NCBI GenBank assembly: GCA_963811505.1
Contig: CAWERC010000001.1
Span: 62,016 to 126,015 of the forward strand
DNA from: an uncultured Solirubrobacterales bacterium
Lineage (GTDB): Bacteria > Actinomycetota > Thermoleophilia > Solirubrobacterales > 70-9
Length of the DNA: 64,000 bases
Direction: 5' to 3'
The notes under the pieces were generated by a model that saw nothing but the letters and a program-made list of their open reading frames with translations, was not told where the DNA came from and did not search any database. Of this stretch, positions 55,898-64,000 are shown in pieces. Numbering within the stretch: the stretch's first letter is position 1; every line of letters starts with the position of its first letter. Both the position numbers and the translations under genes were made by a program.

Positions 55898-56590
55898 ATG
55901 CGCCGCGCCGCGTACATCCTCTCCGTCGCCCTGGTCACCGCCGGGATAGTGATCGCGGCCGACATCGCGCTGACCCTGCTCTGGAAGGAGCCGCTGTCGA
56001 CCGTCTACGGCTCGATCAAGCAGGGCGAGGCCTCCGATTCGCTGGCCAAGCTCGAGCAGGAGTTCCCCTCCCCCGCCGACTTGCGCGCGGTCCGGGACGA
56101 AAGCGCCGGCCGGCGGGTCGAGGGTCTCGCCGACCTGTTCGCCGAGCAGGTGACCACCGGCCAGGGGATCGGGCGGATCCGGATCCCGAGCATCGACCTC
56201 GACACCGTCGTCGTCCAGGGCACCGACACGGCGAGCCTGCAGAAGGGGCCGGGCCACTACCCGGAGACCGCCTTCCCGGGCCAGGGCCGGACGATCGGGA
56301 TCGCGGGCCACCGGACCACCTACCTCGCGCCCTTCCACGACATCAACGAGGTCGCCGACGGCGACGAGATCACGCTCGAGATGCCCTATGGGACCTTCAC
56401 CTACGAGGTCGAGAAGCACGAGATCGTCGATCCCGAGCAGACCGAGATCGTCGACGACGTCGGGTACGAGCGGCTCGTGCTGACCGCCTGCCACCCGCTC
56501 TACAGCGCGGCCCAGCGGTGGGCCGTGTTCGCGAAGCTGACCGGCGCCGGCCTGTTCGGGACCGGCGACGGAATCTGGCAGGACCCCTGA
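55898..56590 (+). CDS. Sortase (class E/D-like), membrane anchored
   Basis: N-terminal TM helix. Catalytic contexts IAGHRTTY, LVLTACHP (TLxTC-type) and RWAVFA. Confidence 0.85.
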   Translation: MRRAAYILSVALVTAGIVIAADIALTLLWKEPLSTVYGSIKQGEASDSLAKLEQEFPSPADLRAVRDESAGRRVEGLADLFAEQVTTGQGIGRIRIPSIDLDTVVVQGTDTASLQKGPGHYPETAFPGQGRTIGIAGHRTTYLAPFHDINEVADGDEITLEMPYGTFTYEVEKHEIVDPEQTEIVDDVGYERLVLTACHPLYSAAQRWAVFAKLTGAGLFGTGDGIWQDP

Positions 56591-56598
56591 GAGGTCGC

Positions 56599-57402
56599 TC
56601 AGTCCAGGATCTCGTCGAGCAGCGGCTCGGTGTCGACGCCCGGGAAATCGGCGCGCAGGACGTCGGCGATCTCGTCGCGGTCCTTGCCGGTGACCGCGAG
56701 CTGGGTCGCCCGCAGCAGTGCCTCGGAGGTCTGGTCGCCGCTCGGCGCCGGGGTCTCGTCGGCCGCGGAGCGATCGGCACGGCCCGGATAGGCCGCGACC
56801 GCGGCCGCAGGGCGCTCGCGCTCGACCGGCTCGCTGGCGAGCGGCGGGAGCTCGATCGGGTTTTCGTCAGCGTCGAGCGGTGACAGCGGCTCGAGGCCGA
56901 CCGGCTTTCGCGTCGGCAGGTCGCGTGACAGCGGCTCGAACGGATCGCGGTCCGGCGTCAGCGGGTCGCGGTCCGCAGCGAAGGACGCGCTGCTGAAGGT
57001 GGTCGAATCGGAGGCCGGCTCGGACTGCGGCGCCTCGGCCGGCTCGTCGCCGAGGGCGGCGATCGCTCCGTGGCGGTAGACGCCGGCTCGAGCATCGGTG
57101 ATCGCCTGGTCGAGGTCGCCGAGCAGGCGCTCGGCCTGATGCTTGAACTGCTCGGCCGTGTCGGCGAGGGTCTTCGTGAGTCGATCGAGGGATCCGCTGC
57201 GCTCCTGCGCGAGGCGGTCGGCCTCGCGACGGCGCTCGGCGAGGTACGTCTGCGCCTCGACCTCGGCCTCCGTACGGATCTCCGATGCGACCTTCTCGGC
57301 GGCGTCGATGATCTCGTGAATCCGCTCGGTCGCCTCGTTCACCGAACGGCTGAGGGGGGACGAGAGATCGCTCGCCGGCTGGTCGGAAGGGTTGGAAGCC
57401 AT
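56599..57402 (-). CDS. Paralog 1 of a three-gene family: helical N-domain, Pro/acidic linker, conserved ~45-aa C-terminal domain
   Basis: C terminus EALLRATQLAVTGKDRDEIADVLRADFPGVDTEPLLDEILD. Its start overlaps the stop of paralog 2 (TAATG). Confidence 0.6.
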   Translation of the reverse strand: MASNPSDQPASDLSSPLSRSVNEATERIHEIIDAAEKVASEIRTEAEVEAQTYLAERRREADRLAQERSGSLDRLTKTLADTAEQFKHQAERLLGDLDQAITDARAGVYRHGAIAALGDEPAEAPQSEPASDSTTFSSASFAADRDPLTPDRDPFEPLSRDLPTRKPVGLEPLSPLDADENPIELPPLASEPVERERPAAAVAAYPGRADRSAADETPAPSGDQTSEALLRATQLAVTGKDRDEIADVLRADFPGVDTEPLLDEILD

Positions 57403-58079
57403 TATCGAACCTCGCTCTGTCGAGTGCCAAAGATTTCGTCGAGCGCCGTGTCGGCGTCGCGAACACCGAACTGGATTCGCAGGCAGCGCTCGATCTCCGA
57501 GCGGCTCGAACCGGCGACGGCCATCTGAGTCGCCGCCAGGCGGACGCCCTCGGGCGTGCTCTGCCCGGGGCTCCGGCGGCGATCGTGAGGTGGGAGCCGG
57601 GGCGGCTCGACCGGCTCGGGCGCCGCCTGCTGAGCCGGCTCAGGCGGCGTCTGCTCGGCGGGCTCGGGCACGGTGTGCTCGGCTCCGTTGCGAGCCGCGG
57701 CGGGCTTGAAGATTTCGGGGACGGCGCGGATCTCGGCGGGCGCCGGCCGCGGGCTCGGCGCAGCGCTGCTCCCGCTGGAAGCGAGCTTCGCCGCCCGCGC
57801 GAGCGTTCCGGCAAGCCGCTCGCACTCGGCGTGGATCTCGTTCACGCGCTCGACCAGGGCCGTGCCGAGATCGGCGAGCAGCTCGGAGCGGAAGTCGGCA
57901 CCCGGTTCAGCGCGCAACTGGGCCGCGGCCTCGCCGACTCGAACCGCCGCCCTCGAGGCGGCCTCGTTGACGCGCCGGACCTCGTCCGCCATCTCGTCGA
58001 GCGGGTCGCCCGATCGCGACTCGGGACCCAGTGCGCTCGACGGCGTTGAAAGTCGAAATTCGGTCATCGCTGCGTCCAT
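57402..58079 (-). CDS. Paralog 2 of the three-gene family
   Basis: C terminus EGVRLAATQMAVAGSSRSEIERCLRIQFGVRDADTALDEIFG. Start placed at ATG 58079 (58067 is also possible); the ORF extends to 58139. Confidence 0.6.
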   Translation of the reverse strand: MDAAMTEFRLSTPSSALGPESRSGDPLDEMADEVRRVNEAASRAAVRVGEAAAQLRAEPGADFRSELLADLGTALVERVNEIHAECERLAGTLARAAKLASSGSSAAPSPRPAPAEIRAVPEIFKPAAARNGAEHTVPEPAEQTPPEPAQQAAPEPVEPPRLPPHDRRRSPGQSTPEGVRLAATQMAVAGSSRSEIERCLRIQFGVRDADTALDEIFGTRQSEVR

Positions 58080-58200
58080 GATGCCATCCTCAGAAACCTC
58101 TATCGGCAGGCGCGCCGAAAACCGCAATCGATGTCGCAAACCCGCTCGGCTGCAAGCCGTCCTTCACGCACGAGGACGACCCCCGGAGCCGTGGCTCGCC

Positions 58201-58917
58201 TCACTCCGACGCGGCCGGGTACTGGTGACCGAAGATCTCGTCGAGCGCCGGACCGGCGTCGACGATCCCGAACTGACGGCGGAGCCGCCGTTCGACCTCG
58301 ATCCGGCTCGAGCCCGCGATCGCCATCTGGGTGGCGATCAACCGCACGCCCTCCGGGACCGCGGCGCGAGCGGGCGAGCCGTAGTCGCGGTGCTCGAACC
58401 CACCGGTCACTCCCTCGGCCGAGAAGTCCGGCTGAGGAAGACGCGGGGGTGGCGGCACGGGGGCTTCGGGCACGACGTCCCGGGTGCCGCGATCACGGCG
58501 CCAGAAACGCCATGAACCCCCCTTCGGCTCCTCGACCGGCCACGCCTCCTCGACCGGCCACGCCTCCTGCATCGGCGGCGGCGCCTGCATCGGCGGCGGC
58601 GCCGACGGCAGCGGCGGCAGGGGCTCCGGCGGCGGAGCGGGCGCCGGGCTCGTGGATTCGCCGCTCTGTGTGGCGACCGCGGCGCGGGCGCGCTGCAGCA
58701 GCCGCGAGAGCCGCTCGATATCGGAGCGGATCGCCTCCGTGCGCTCGACGACGGCGTCGGCGACCTCGGCGGCCAGGCCGTGGGCCCCACCCTCCGGGCC
58801 CGAAAGCCTCCCCGCCCCGGAACGGATCCGGCTCGCCGCGCTTTCCGCGGCAGCATGCAGCAGGCGGATCTCCTCGATCGCCTCGTCGAGGGGCCTCAGG
58901 TCTCCGGTGCCGGTCAT
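58201..58917 (-). CDS. Paralog 3 of the three-gene family
   Basis: C terminus EGVRLIATQMAIAGSSRIEVERRLRRQFGIVDAGPALDEIFG. Start placed at ATG 58917 (MTGTGDLRPLDEAIEE); the ORF extends to 59022. Confidence 0.6.
   Translation of the reverse strand: MTGTGDLRPLDEAIEEIRLLHAAAESAASRIRSGAGRLSGPEGGAHGLAAEVADAVVERTEAIRSDIERLSRLLQRARAAVATQSGESTSPAPAPPPEPLPPLPSAPPPMQAPPPMQEAWPVEEAWPVEEPKGGSWRFWRRDRGTRDVVPEAPVPPPPRLPQPDFSAEGVTGGFEHRDYGSPARAAVPEGVRLIATQMAIAGSSRIEVERRLRRQFGIVDAGPALDEIFGHQYPAASE
58529..58602 (-). repeat. Two adjacent perfect 18-bp tandem duplications inside paralog 3 linker
   Basis: TCCTCGACCGGCCACGCC x2 (58529-58564) and CTGCATCGGCGGCGGCGC x2 (58567-58602). In frame they encode EAWPVE x2 and APPPMQ x2. 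Confidence 0.85.
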
Positions 58918-59020
58918 CGTGTGCGGAAGTTTGTAGCAGGCGGCACGTCGCGCATTGCAAGCGGTCGCCCGGTGAAATTCTGACGGGGGGTTCCGCCGCG
59001 ACACGTAGAATCCTTGCGGC

Positions 59021-60642
59021 ATGGCTGAGAGCGGGCAGAAATCTTCAGCGACCCCGGACGCCGGCTGGCTCAGCCCCCCAGAGGACCAGGCGGGCCTCAG
59101 CGCTTACGTCGAGACGCTGCGGGAGCGGTTCCTGGTGGTCGTCATCACGTTCACGCTGGTGATGGCGGGCGCGATCCTCTACGTGCTCACCGCCGACGAC
59201 GTCTACAAGGCCGGGGCCGACGTGCTCGTCTCACCGGTGCCCGCATCGGCGGGCTCGCCCGCCATCGGCGTGCCGGTGATCCGCGAGTCCTCGGACCCGA
59301 CCCGCGACGTCGAGACCGCCGCGAAGCTGATCACGACGACCGCCGTCGCCGAGCGGGTGAAGCGGGTGCTGAACTCCGACGAGTCGCCGGGAGACCTGCT
59401 CGACGACGTCACCGCAGCGCCCGTGGCTCAGAGCCAGCTCGTCGACGTCACGGGCGAGGGCGACACCGCCGAGGAGGCGGCCGACCTCGCCAACGCGTTC
59501 GCCACCGAGGCGGTCGCCGAGCGCTCCTCGCAGCTGAAGGCGATCGTCGACCGCCAGACGGAGGCCCTGCAGGACGAGTTCGGCACCCAGGGCGCCGTCG
59601 CCCGTGACCTCGCGGTGCTCGAGCGGCTCGCCGAGAGCTCCGAGCTGCAGGTCGCCAACCCGGCCTCACCGCCGGACAAGCCGGCCTCGCCGCGCCGCAA
59701 GCTCAGCCTCGGCGGCGGCCGCGGTCGCCGGGCTCGTCCTCGGCATCGCGCTCGCCTTCGCCTGGCAGGCGATCGATCCGCGGCTGCGCCGTGAGGAGCA
59801 GCTGCGCCGCCGCTACCGCCTCCCGATCCTCGCCCGGGTCCCGCAGCAGGCGCGCTTCGGGTCCGGGCCGCTGGCTCCCAAGAGCCTGTCGGCGGCGACC
59901 TCGGAGGCGTTCCGAACACTGCGCGGAACGCTCACCGGCGCCACCCGTGCGGGCTCGCACCGGGCGATCCTGGTCACCGGCTCGTCGCCGTCCGAGGGCA
60001 AGACGCACTTGCGCGATCAATCTCGCCTCGGCGCTCGCCGCGGGCGGCAAGAGCGTGATCCTGATCGAGGGCGACCTGCGCAAGCCGACGATCGGCCAGT
60101 CGCTCGGCGTCGCGCCGAAGCACGGCCTGGTCAGCGTGCTGATGGAGAGCGTCTCGATCGAGGACGCCCTGATCCCGACCGAGACGTTCGGCCCCCGCCT
60201 GCGCCTGCTGCTCGCCGACTACTCGGGCGACTGGATCAGCGAGCTGTTCACGCTCCCGGTCGCGCAGCAGCTGATCGAGGATGCGCGCGCGCTTGCCGAC
60301 TTCGTCGATCATCGACTCGCCGCCGCTCGCCGACGTGATCGACGTCCTGCCGCTTGCGCGCTACGTCGACGACGTGCTGATCGTCGCCCGCCTCGGGCAC
60401 ACCCGGATCGAAGAAGTTCGCCGAGCTCGCCGACCTGCTGGCCGAGAACTGAGATCAAGCCGGCGGGCTTCGCGCTGGTCGGCACCGCGCGACCGTCGAA
60501 GAGCTCCTATCAGTACTACGTCGCCCGCGGCGAGCCGCTCGCCCGGCCCGGCGCCGTCAACCCCGTCTACGGGCCGAACGGCGAAGGCGGTGGGGACGGC
60601 GCGGGCGACCCGACGCTGGCGCCTCCGCGCTCCACCACCTGA
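59021..60642 (+). pseudogene. Polysaccharide co-polymerase (Wzz-like) fused to BY-kinase (tyrosine autokinase) domain, about 4 frame changes as sequenced
   Basis: LSAYVETLRERFLVVVITFTLVMAGAILY, second TM AAAVAGLVLGIALAFAW, Walker A GSSPSEGKT, VILIEGDLRKPT and Walker B IIDSPPL lie in successive different frames (changes near 59705, 60005, 60305 and 60420). Confidence 0.75.
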
Positions 60643-60664
60643 ACGTCCTGCTCGAAAGAAGGCT

Positions 60665-62082
60665 GTGGCTGCCCGAGCTGTGGCGGGGGCGCTCGCGGTG
60701 CTCCTCGGCGGCGCCGTCGTCGGGCTCGGGCTGCTGGTCGCGAAGGAGCCCGGGATCGGGTTCTTCCTCGTCGTCGGCGGCGCCGTCACCCTGCTCGCCT
60801 TCAGGGACCTCACCTGGGGCCTCGCGGCGGTCGCGACGCTCTCGTACCTAGAGGCGATCCCCGCGGTCGCGGGCGGCGGGCTCAGCCGGGAGCAAGCTGC
60901 TGAGCGCCGATGGTCGATCTTCGCCTGGTTCGCGCTGATCACCATCCAGCCGCGGGCGCGCGCGCTGTTCTGGGTCGACTACCCGTGCTGACGATCCTGA
61001 TCTCGCTGTTCCTGGTCTGGGTCCTGCTGAGCTCGATCTGGGCCGCGGTGCCGTTCTCCGCGCTGATCGTCGTCGGCAGCTTCGGGCTCGGCGCTCGCGC
61101 TGTTCCCGGTCGCCTATACGGCGCTTGCAGGACACCGCCGACGTCAGGAAGCTGCTCACGGTCATAGTCGTCTTCGCCTTCATCGCCGCCGCCTACGGGT
61201 TCGCGATCGACCCGAGCGCGAGCGGTGCCTCCGGTGGCGACCCGACCGCGGAGCTGAACCGGCTCGGCGGCTCGATCGGCGACCCGAACCGGTTCGCGGC
61301 CAAGGTGCTGCCCGGCGCGATCATCGCGATCGCGCTGATCTTCGTCACCCGCTCGCTCGCCGCGCGGCGTGTTCTTCGGCGCCGCCGCGGCGATCGGCGT
61401 CATCGCAGTCCTTCTCAGCCTCTCGCGCGGGGGCCTGATCGCCGCCCTGGCCGTCTGCCTGCTGGCTCCGCTGGTGATCGCCGGGGCGCGCGGGCGCGTC
61501 GCCCTCGCGACCTTCGGAGCGATCGCGCTGGCGATCGCCGCGATGTACGTGCTGACGCCCCCCGAGGCCCGCCAGCGAATCACCGAGTCCGACGGCGGCA
61601 ACGGCCGCACCGACATCTGGACGGTCGGCTGGCGGATGTTCGAGGCGAATCCGGCGAACGGGGTCGGCGCCGGCAACTTCGAGGGCACGTCGATCCACTA
61701 CCTGATCCAGCCCGGAGCGATCCTGCGCGACGAGTACTTCGTCACCGCGCCGAAGGTGGCCCACAACAGCTACCTGAACGTTCTCTCCGAACTGGGGGTC
61801 GTCGGGCTGTCCCTCTACCTGTCGATCATCGGAATCGCGCTCGCCTGCCTGTACAAGGCCGCGCGGCTGGCGCGGCGCATCGGCGACCGCGAGCTGATGA
61901 TCCTCGCCTACGCGGTCTTGTTAGGCGTGCGTCTCCGTGCTGGTCGCGAACTTCTTCATCTCCGAGCAGCTCGCCAAGCTCCCCTGCTGCTGCTCGCGAT
62001 GGGACCGGCGATGCTCGCGATCGCGATGGAGCACGAGCGCAAGCGCGACGCCGATCAAGCCGTGCTCAGCACCTCGTCGTAG
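60665..62082 (+). pseudogene. Second O-antigen ligase/polymerase-like membrane protein, multiply frameshifted as sequenced
   Basis: GTG 60665 follows GAAAGAAGG. TM-rich segments, LLSLSRGGLIAALAV, GVGAGNFE and AHNSYLNVLSELGVVGL can be read only by frame hopping. Confidence 0.65.
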
Positions 62083-63140
62083 ACCGCGATCGTCCCGGCG
62101 ACCATCCGCTCCAGGGTGAATGCGGCGCGCTGGCGCTCGCGCGCCCGCCGGCCGAGCTCATGCGCGTGGGCGGAGGCTCCGAGCAACCCGATCAGGGAAC
62201 CGGCGAGCGCGACCCGGTCACGCGGCGGAACCAGGATCCCCGTGACCTCATCCTCGATCGCCTCCGAAACACCGCCGACGTCGGTGGCGAGAATCGGGCA
62301 GCCGACCGCCATCGCCTCGAGGATCGAGTAGGGAAACGACTCGGACCACGACGGGTTGACGAACACGTCCGACGAGCTCAGCAACGGGATCACGTCGTCG
62401 AGGTTCCCGAGCCACTCGACCGCATCCCCGACGCCGTTGCAGATCGCGACGGCCTCGAGATAATCGCGCTCCGGGCCGTCGCCGGCGAGCGCCAGGCGGA
62501 CCTCGGGGACCGCCTCGACGACATCGACCATCGCCTCCAGCAGGGCGTCGAGCCCCTTGCCGGGGCGCAGCCCCGATGTCGCGCAGATCCGCGGTCCACC
62601 GCCGTTGGATGTCGCCTCGCTCGCCGGCTCGAGCGGGACGATCCCGTTGTGGACTACCCGGATCCGCGAGTTGATCCCGGTCGCTCGCGCGAGCCGGGCC
62701 TCCGCCTCGCAGACGCAGAGCACCAGGGTCGCCAGCGGAGCGACGAGGCTCTCGAGCGTCCGGTACAGGGTCTGCTCGCGGGAGGGGAAGTGGCCGGCGA
62801 AGGCGTAGCCGTGCGGGCTGTAGATGACCGGCGTTCCCGGCCTCGCGAAATGGGCGAGGCGGGCGACGACGCCGGCCTTGTTGCCGTGGGCGTGGACGAT
62901 GTCGGGGCGGAAGTCGCGAACGATCCGCGCGAACCCGAGCGCCGCCCGCGCGTCGCTGCCCGGGCACGATCGCCCGCGACATCTCGAGCGGCAACACCGG
63001 CACCATGAGGTCGGCCTCCTCGTGCGGCCCGCAGACGGCGACCGTCGTAGCCGAGCTCCGCGAGCGCCGCCGCTCAGGTCCGCGACGTGGCGGAAGGCTC
63101 CGCCCTCGCCCGCGCGGATCACCATCAGGATCCTCGGCAC
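62055..63140 (-). pseudogene. GT4-family glycosyltransferase, 2-3 frame changes near the 5' end as sequenced
   Basis: C-terminal VFVNPSWSESFPYSILEAMAVGCPILATDVGG (E-x7-E). N-terminal ILMVIRAGEGGAFRHVADLS then ALAELGYD... is in another frame. Its GTG overlaps the upstream TAG (TAGTG). Confidence 0.7.
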
Positions 63141-64000
63141 TACCGCCTCCCCGCCTCGATCAGCCGCGTGTACTCGTGCTTGTAGCTCGGCGACCATCCG
63201 ATCGATCGTAAAGCGCTCGCGGACCCGCGCTCTGCCGGCGTTTCCGGCGGCGACGGCTCGCTCGCGGTCCCGCAGATAGGGGGCCAGCGCCTCGGCGAAC
63301 CCGGCCGGGGTCGGATCGCCCACCAGGGCCCCCGCGTCCCCGACGATCTCCGCGATCCCGGCCTCGTCGGGGGCGACGACCGGACGCGCGTGGGCCATCG
63401 CCTCGAGCAGGGCCAGCGGCGCGCCCTCGGCGGGAGTCCCGTCGCGAGCCGGCCGGCTGGCGAGCCCGACGACGCGGCAGCGGGCATACACCGCCGGCAT
63501 GTCGACCCAGCCGAGGAACGTCGACCGAGCTCCGCGAGCTCGAGCTCGTCGACGAGCCGCTGCAGCTGCCGCAGGTACCCCGGCGCGACGCGGTGCTCCG
63601 AGCCCGCGATCTCGAGCCGGGCCGGCACGCCGAGGTCGCGCAGGCGGGCGATCGCGCGGATCAGCGTGTCGTGGCCCTTGGTGGGAATCAGCGTGCCGAC
63701 GCTCAGCACGATCGGCGCGTCTCCGGGGGGCGTGGCGGAGGCCGGCAGCTCAACCCCGGGGTGAACGATCGAGATCCGGTCTCGGCAGCGGTCGGGAAAG
63801 GTCGCGGCGACCGCGCCGGTGACGCAGACGATCCGGTCGCAGCGCGGGCCCAGGATCCGCGGGGCGCTGCGATCGAAATCGTGACCGTGCTTCATCCACA
63901 GCAACGGTGCCCCGAGGCGACGGGCGAGCGGGATCCCGAGCAGCACCGCCTTGGTCTGGTTCGCGTGAACGACGGCAATCCCGCGGCCGCGCAGGAGCTT
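63140..64000 (-). pseudogene. GT4-family glycosyltransferase, 5' end outside window, at least one frame change near 63515 as sequenced
   Basis: LSVGTLIPTKGHDTLIRAIARL...EIAGSEH is in one frame. FLGWVDMPAVYARCRVVGLASRPARDGTPAEGAPLALLEAMAHARPVVA is in another. Confidence 0.65.

Noticed and set aside
58529-58602. Short perfect tandem repeats, considered as a possible CRISPR-like or VNTR array.
   Set aside because: Only two copies each of two 18-bp units, with no spacers. They lie in frame inside a coding Pro-rich linker (EAWPVE x2, APPPMQ x2). No CRISPR array or cas gene was seen anywhere in the window.
1-64000. A scan for rRNA, tRNA, tmRNA, integrase/att sites, toxin-antitoxin pairs, restriction-modification genes and other defence-system hallmarks.
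   Set aside because: I recognised none by eye: no GGTTCGAATCC-type T-arms, no helicase/nuclease/methylase clusters apart from housekeeping pcrA, and no integrase. A tRNAscan/Infernal/DefenseFinder run would be needed to exclude them formally.

Overview
This is a very GC-rich chromosomal segment of actinobacterial type. Gene content suggests a Thermoleophilia or Rubrobacteria-like organism, but that is inference only.

Bases 1-40.8 kb are an ordinary, fully intact core region. It carries a GT2 glycosyltransferase, ndh, gatCAB with an embedded zincin gene, folD, pcrA, cysEK, gltX, nfo, dnaE and sixA. It also has a cluster of secreted proteins (a clan-A glycosidase-like protein, an S8 protease with RTX-like repeats, and a low-GC PD40 propeller islet). 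In addition there are several LuxR-type regulators, a two-component system, an EPS priming transferase, a giant hendecad-repeat coiled-coil protein and an O-antigen-ligase/TPR protein.

An IS481-family element at 40,811-41,866, flanked by a perfect 6-bp GCTAGG duplication, marks a sharp change. From about 41.2 kb to the window end most genes can only be read by hopping between reading frames. These are a second priming transferase, an LPXTG paralog, LuxR-GAF, PP2C-HATPase plus STAS, a GGDEF-like gene, MerR, a BldC-like HTH, HD-GYP, MFS, an Rpf-like transglycosylase, argG, a Wzz/BY-kinase, a second O-antigen ligase and two GT4 genes. The frame changes are +/-1 indels, usually in short G/C runs. 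I cannot tell real decay from uncorrected indel error, but I favour error.

Other notable items:
- a ydaO-type c-di-AMP riboswitch ahead of the Rpf-like gene
- a tandem trio of paralogous genes with a shared uncharacterised C-terminal domain, between a class-E-like sortase and the EPS locus
- phased TGCAA/TTGCGCAAG repeat arrays in AT-richer spacers
- a Rex-box-like palindrome ahead of ndh
- a truncated second IS481-like remnant sitting on the stop codon of the STAS gene

I saw no rRNA, tRNA or CRISPR array, and no recognisable defence, secretion or prophage system. I cannot point to a convincing novel multi-gene system. The paralog trio and the coiled-coil pair are the best candidates for undescribed biology.
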